A DNA stretch of 64,000 bases, taken from the IMG/VR virus record IMGVR_UViG_3300045988_162372; one strand, written 5' to 3'. A program made the position numbers and the translations under genes. Numbering within the stretch: the first letter of the stretch is position 1; each line of letters opens with the position of its first letter. Origin of the DNA: a virus. The notes beneath the pieces were generated by a model that was not told the origin of the DNA, did not search any database, and saw nothing but the letters and a program-made list of their open reading frames with translations. This document shows positions 60,973 to 64,000 of this stretch, one piece after another.

Positions 60973-61188
60973 TTATTTCTTCTTTGCAAAATAACCTCTT
61001 AGTGCAGCTTCTGCACTTTCTTTGGATTTGTAATCAGCAGCCCAATCACCATCTGCTTCATTGTGACCTTTTCCTTTATGTCCACGGATTTTCCATTTGT
61101 TGCCTTCTTTATGGATAACATTCTTTAATTCTTCTTTAATGATTCTCTTCAAATCACTTTCAGTTATAACAAAATTTTTTTTCACCAT
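60973..61188 (-). CDS. Small basic hypothetical protein
   Basis: I prefer the ATG at 61188 (MVKKNFVITESDLKRIIKEEL). The longer track ORF runs through the divergent promoter region. ATATTTAT lies at 61210-61217. Confidence 0.5.
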   Translation of the reverse strand: MVKKNFVITESDLKRIIKEELKNVIHKEGNKWKIRGHKGKGHNEADGDWAADYKSKESAEAALRGYFAKKK

Positions 61189-61240
61189 AGTTTTAACACT
61201 AATTTTCTTATAAATATTTGCATATATCAAAAGAAATATG

Positions 61241-61248
61241 TATCTTTG
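61241..61248 (+). promoter_or_regulatory. Bacteroidota-type -7 box TATCTTTG
   Basis: TGTATCTTTGCAAC, 29 nt upstream of ATG 61277. Confidence 0.55.
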
Positions 61249-61276
61249 CAACAGAATTATAAATTGTAAATTGATT

Positions 61277-61888
61277 ATGGCTAATAAAGATTGGACTGGA
61301 AATGCAAACAGCATTTGGAAAACATTGGGTGCAAGTAATCATACTGATAAAGAACGTCAAAATGAAGACTACTATGCAACTGATCCAATAGCTGCTGAAT
61401 GGTTGTTAAAAATCGAAGAGATACCAAAGGATAAACCTATATGGGAATGTGCGGCAGGCGAAAAACATCTTTCAAAAGTATTTGAAGAACATGGCTATAA
61501 AGTACGTTCAAGCGACCTTATTGTAAGGATAGAAGACGTAGAACAGCTTGATTTTCTTACAAGCAATGAAACATGGGATGGAACAATAATCACAAATCCA
61601 CCATACAATCAGGCAGTAAATTTTATACAGAAAGCAATGGAGAGTATAACGGAAGGTAATAAAGTGATTATGTTTTTGAAAGTTCAGTTTCTTGAAGGAA
61701 AATCTAGAAAGAAACTTTTTGAAAAATACCCTCCTAAAACAGTATGGGTTTCTTCTTCTCGTATTACTTGTGCTAAAAATGGCGATTTTGAGTACATGAA
61801 GGCTAATGGGGGTTCTGCTGTTGCTTATGCCTTTTATGTGTGGCAAAAAGGGTATAAAGGAGATACTATTCTAAAATGGTTTAATTAA
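61277..61888 (+). CDS. N6-adenine DNA methyltransferase (NPPY)
   Basis: Motif I-like WECAAGEKHL and motif IV IITNPPYNQ. I prefer the start at MANKDW. Confidence 0.7.
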   Translation: MANKDWTGNANSIWKTLGASNHTDKERQNEDYYATDPIAAEWLLKIEEIPKDKPIWECAAGEKHLSKVFEEHGYKVRSSDLIVRIEDVEQLDFLTSNETWDGTIITNPPYNQAVNFIQKAMESITEGNKVIMFLKVQFLEGKSRKKLFEKYPPKTVWVSSSRITCAKNGDFEYMKANGGSAVAYAFYVWQKGYKGDTILKWFN

Positions 61889-61902
61889 AATGCGATATAA
61901 AA

Positions 61903-62469
61903 ATGATAGAAACTGAAATTATATACAACGATAGCACTGAGCGTGTAAAAGCCTATAAAGACTTCAATAAAGAAACACGCACAGTTACTTTTTATCTTGA
62001 TGATAAGAAAATGTTTCCAATTGATAAGGATGAGGATGGTTTTACTGAATATATTCCAACACCGTATGAATTGTTTGGTATTGAATGTGGTGATGGATGG
62101 AAGGGTTTAATTGAACCTATTATGGAATATATAAACAATTATAATAAAGACAAGAAAGAAGAAGATAAAATTATAATATTCCAGATTAAAGAAAAATTCG
62201 GAGGACTAAGATTCTACGTTGACCACGGAAACGAAGAACTTCATAATATGATAGATAAAGCTGAAGAAGAAAGCTATAAAGTTTGTGAATTTTGCGGAAG
62301 TAAAGAAGATGTAGGTCAAACGGCTAATGGATGGATTACAACTTTGTGTCACAACTGTGTTAAGAAAATAACACAAGAAAAAGAAGTACCTATCCGTTGG
62401 AGAAGAAATAGTGATGAAAAACTTTATATTGTAAAATTCAATGAAGATGATGAATTAATAGAAAAATAA
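61903..62469 (+). CDS. Hypothetical protein with a C-terminal zinc ribbon
   Basis: KEKFGGLRFYV ... CEFCGS ... LCHNC. Confidence 0.5.
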   Translation: MIETEIIYNDSTERVKAYKDFNKETRTVTFYLDDKKMFPIDKDEDGFTEYIPTPYELFGIECGDGWKGLIEPIMEYINNYNKDKKEEDKIIIFQIKEKFGGLRFYVDHGNEELHNMIDKAEEESYKVCEFCGSKEDVGQTANGWITTLCHNCVKKITQEKEVPIRWRRNSDEKLYIVKFNEDDELIEK

Positions 62470-62486
62470 AAAAATTAATAAATAAT

Positions 62487-63713
62487 ATGGGTTGTTTTAA
62501 TAAAATGGGCTTTTATAGTCACCTGCCAATAACAGCAGGTGATGAAATTGTGATGTTTATATGTGCTGATAATACACAGTCTAATAAAGGTAATAATAAT
62601 CCTATTTATATAGATGAGTTTTATGCTCCATTTTGTTTACCTATATATGGTACATATGACGAATATGGGTTTATTGAAAATATCGTAAAAGACACAAACA
62701 CTGATTTGCTTGAAAAGAAATTCGGCAAATCTGTAGAAGATATACTTAGATTAATATACGATTATGAAAGGGGTTATCCTACAGATATAGCTGAAAAATA
62801 TGTACACATGTTTAAAGATGTCATCGAAAAAAATAAAGTCCCAACATTGATACTTACAATGGAAAGGAAAGATGTATTCGATACAATGGTAAAACTTTCT
62901 GATAAACCATATTTTGATGCAAATGCTTGTAATCTATGGCATAATATAGGTGATTTTTGGCTCTCTCAATTAGGATTTATTAAAAAAGAAAAACTGGAAA
63001 AATATAATAATTTTCGATATGTTCTGGATAAATATGAGGGAGAATACTATGTTTCAAGCGATGGGCATTGTCCTCACATTATCAATAGTAAGACTTTGGC
63101 AGAATATCCTTGTTATAAAGGTTTTCAAGATTTAATCAGAAAGTGGAAGGAATTTACTGGTATTGAGCTTAAATTTAAGGATGAAAATTTATATGGCAAA
63201 AATATAATAGATTTGTCATTCGATATAACAAAAGAAGTATATTATACAAATTTTAAATATGAAAATAATGACATTATCACTAATGAAACAAATATTACAG
63301 ATGAAAATTTAATAAATATAATAAAAGATTATAAGAGACTTACGGAAAAAATAGGTAAGGGTAATTTTTTCACAGAAGATCATTATGTATTTGTTTATGA
63401 TGGGGAAACAAAATTTCCTAATGATATTATCCCATTCAATATGTATTGCTGTCTATTGTTTAGAGGCTCAATGCACTTGTATGATGATTATTATAATATT
63501 TTTACTGACGAATTTAAAGATATATGTTGCAAATTTGCTAAATTTAATTATACTTTAAGAGGTCTTTGCGGAAAATATGATGTATCCATGTATGGCAATC
63601 AGAGTGTTTCAGACAGATTTTATTTGAACAATTTTGCAAAGTTAAATAATTCATATTCACAAATCATTGAAAAATTATATAAACGATATGACGACATTGA
63701 AGAAACTGAATGA
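62487..63713 (+). CDS. Hypothetical protein
   Basis: ORF only. Confidence 0.5.
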   Translation: MGCFNKMGFYSHLPITAGDEIVMFICADNTQSNKGNNNPIYIDEFYAPFCLPIYGTYDEYGFIENIVKDTNTDLLEKKFGKSVEDILRLIYDYERGYPTDIAEKYVHMFKDVIEKNKVPTLILTMERKDVFDTMVKLSDKPYFDANACNLWHNIGDFWLSQLGFIKKEKLEKYNNFRYVLDKYEGEYYVSSDGHCPHIINSKTLAEYPCYKGFQDLIRKWKEFTGIELKFKDENLYGKNIIDLSFDITKEVYYTNFKYENNDIITNETNITDENLINIIKDYKRLTEKIGKGNFFTEDHYVFVYDGETKFPNDIIPFNMYCCLLFRGSMHLYDDYYNIFTDEFKDICCKFAKFNYTLRGLCGKYDVSMYGNQSVSDRFYLNNFAKLNNSYSQIIEKLYKRYDDIEETE

Positions 63714-64000
63714 TAATGCACAGTGGCTTAATGCGGATTGTATTGAAACAATGCAATATATGAAAGAACATAACATACAAGTGGATTTAACTGTTACAAG
63801 TCCACCTTATGACAACCTTAGAACTTACGGGAATAAAACAGATTGGTCTTTCGACAAATTCAAAGAAATTACAAAACTTTTATATGATATAACTTCAGAT
63901 GGAGGAATTGTCGTTTGGGTGGTCGGTGATGCCACTATTAACGGTTCTGAAACTGGTTCGTCATTCAAACAAGCATTGTATTTTATGGAATGTGGTTTCA
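63688..64000 (+). CDS. DNA methyltransferase (SPPY motif IV first, beta-class N4-C or N6-A), 3'-truncated by the window end
   Basis: Translating from ATG 63688 gives MTTLKKLNDNAQWLNADCIETM...VDLTVTSPPYDNLRTYG...GGIVVWVVGD. It is absent from the ORF track because it runs off the window. Confidence 0.75.
   Translation, partial: MTTLKKLNDNAQWLNADCIETMQYMKEHNIQVDLTVTSPPYDNLRTYGNKTDWSFDKFKEITKLLYDITSDGGIVVWVVGDATINGSETGSSFKQALYFMECGF

Noticed and set aside
61189-61314. Long version (113 aa) of the minus-strand ORF 60973..61314, and the long version of the plus-strand ORF from 61238
   Set aside because: Both extensions run through the shared divergent promoter region (TATCTTTG and ATATTTAT boxes) and encode hydrophobic low-complexity sequence. 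The internal ATGs at 61188 and 61277 give the conserved-looking N-termini.
1-64000. crAss-like (Crassvirales) assignment, suggested by the giant fibres, PolB, low GC and Bacteroidota promoters
   Set aside because: The MCP, prohead protease, TerL and gene order are T4-like (gp23, gp21, gp17). I saw no crAss-type giant RNA polymerase or crAss head genes in the window.
1-64000. tRNA genes, CRISPR arrays, integrase or attachment sites, and a diversity-generating retroelement (because lectin-like fibre domains are present)
   Set aside because: The larger intergenic gaps (25233-25449, 26641-26787, 29825-29948, 39142-39239, 58906-59039) contain only terminator-type hairpins and promoter-like motifs. 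I noticed no cloverleaf or T-loop (GTTCRA) pattern, no regularly spaced repeats, and no reverse-transcriptase or recombinase ORF. This was a by-eye scan only.

Overview
This 64 kb window is AT-rich: about 28-30% GC in typical stretches and about 40% in a few structural genes, from hand counts of a few lines only. It reads as part of a large tailed dsDNA phage genome, with no cellular housekeeping context.

The head-morphogenesis genes are T4-type and in T4 order on the minus strand: gp17-like TerL, portal, two small ORFs, a gp21-like prohead protease, an acidic scaffold and a gp23-like major capsid protein. Many non-structural genes carry the Bacteroidota-type -7 promoter box TAnnTTTG, so the host is probably a Bacteroidota member. 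I therefore do not call it crAss-like.

Other content:
- four very large mosaic tail-fibre or tailspike genes, plus a baseplate-spike gene
- PhoH, a ClpX homologue, a ClpA/ClpC-like double-AAA+ unfoldase, Pth2, dNMP kinase, Nudix, thymidylate synthase, an SF1 helicase and a secreted lytic transglycosylase
- three DNA methyltransferases
- many ORFans

The most interesting observations:
1. The family B DNA polymerase is a fractured gene. It is split inside motif C by a naturally split intein, with the decayed C-terminal remnant of a homing endonuclease lying between the halves.
2. An intact paralogue of that endonuclease, with a Vsr-like nuclease core, sits as a free-standing insert with its own host-type promoter next to the capsid gene.
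3. A possible translation-rescue and quality-control gene set: ClpX without its zinc-binding domain, Pth2, and a small basic ArfA-like ORF that carries a terminator hairpin inside its own reading frame.
4. An A10 run exactly at the junction of two acidic ORFs, placed correctly for a -1 frameshift or slippage fusion.
5. A 753-aa protein with two tandem Tpt1/PARP-like 'LYHGT' modules and a Pol-beta nucleotidyltransferase domain.
6. An oriented (A/C)TATTTAT element upstream of about 20 mostly late genes, distinct from the TAnnTTTG boxes.
7. A short '[IV]x[ILV]TExQL' peptide that recurs in at least 8 otherwise unrelated ORFs.

I recognised no tRNA, rRNA, CRISPR array, integrase or reverse transcriptase. 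All domain calls are by-eye motif recognition and were not checked against any database.
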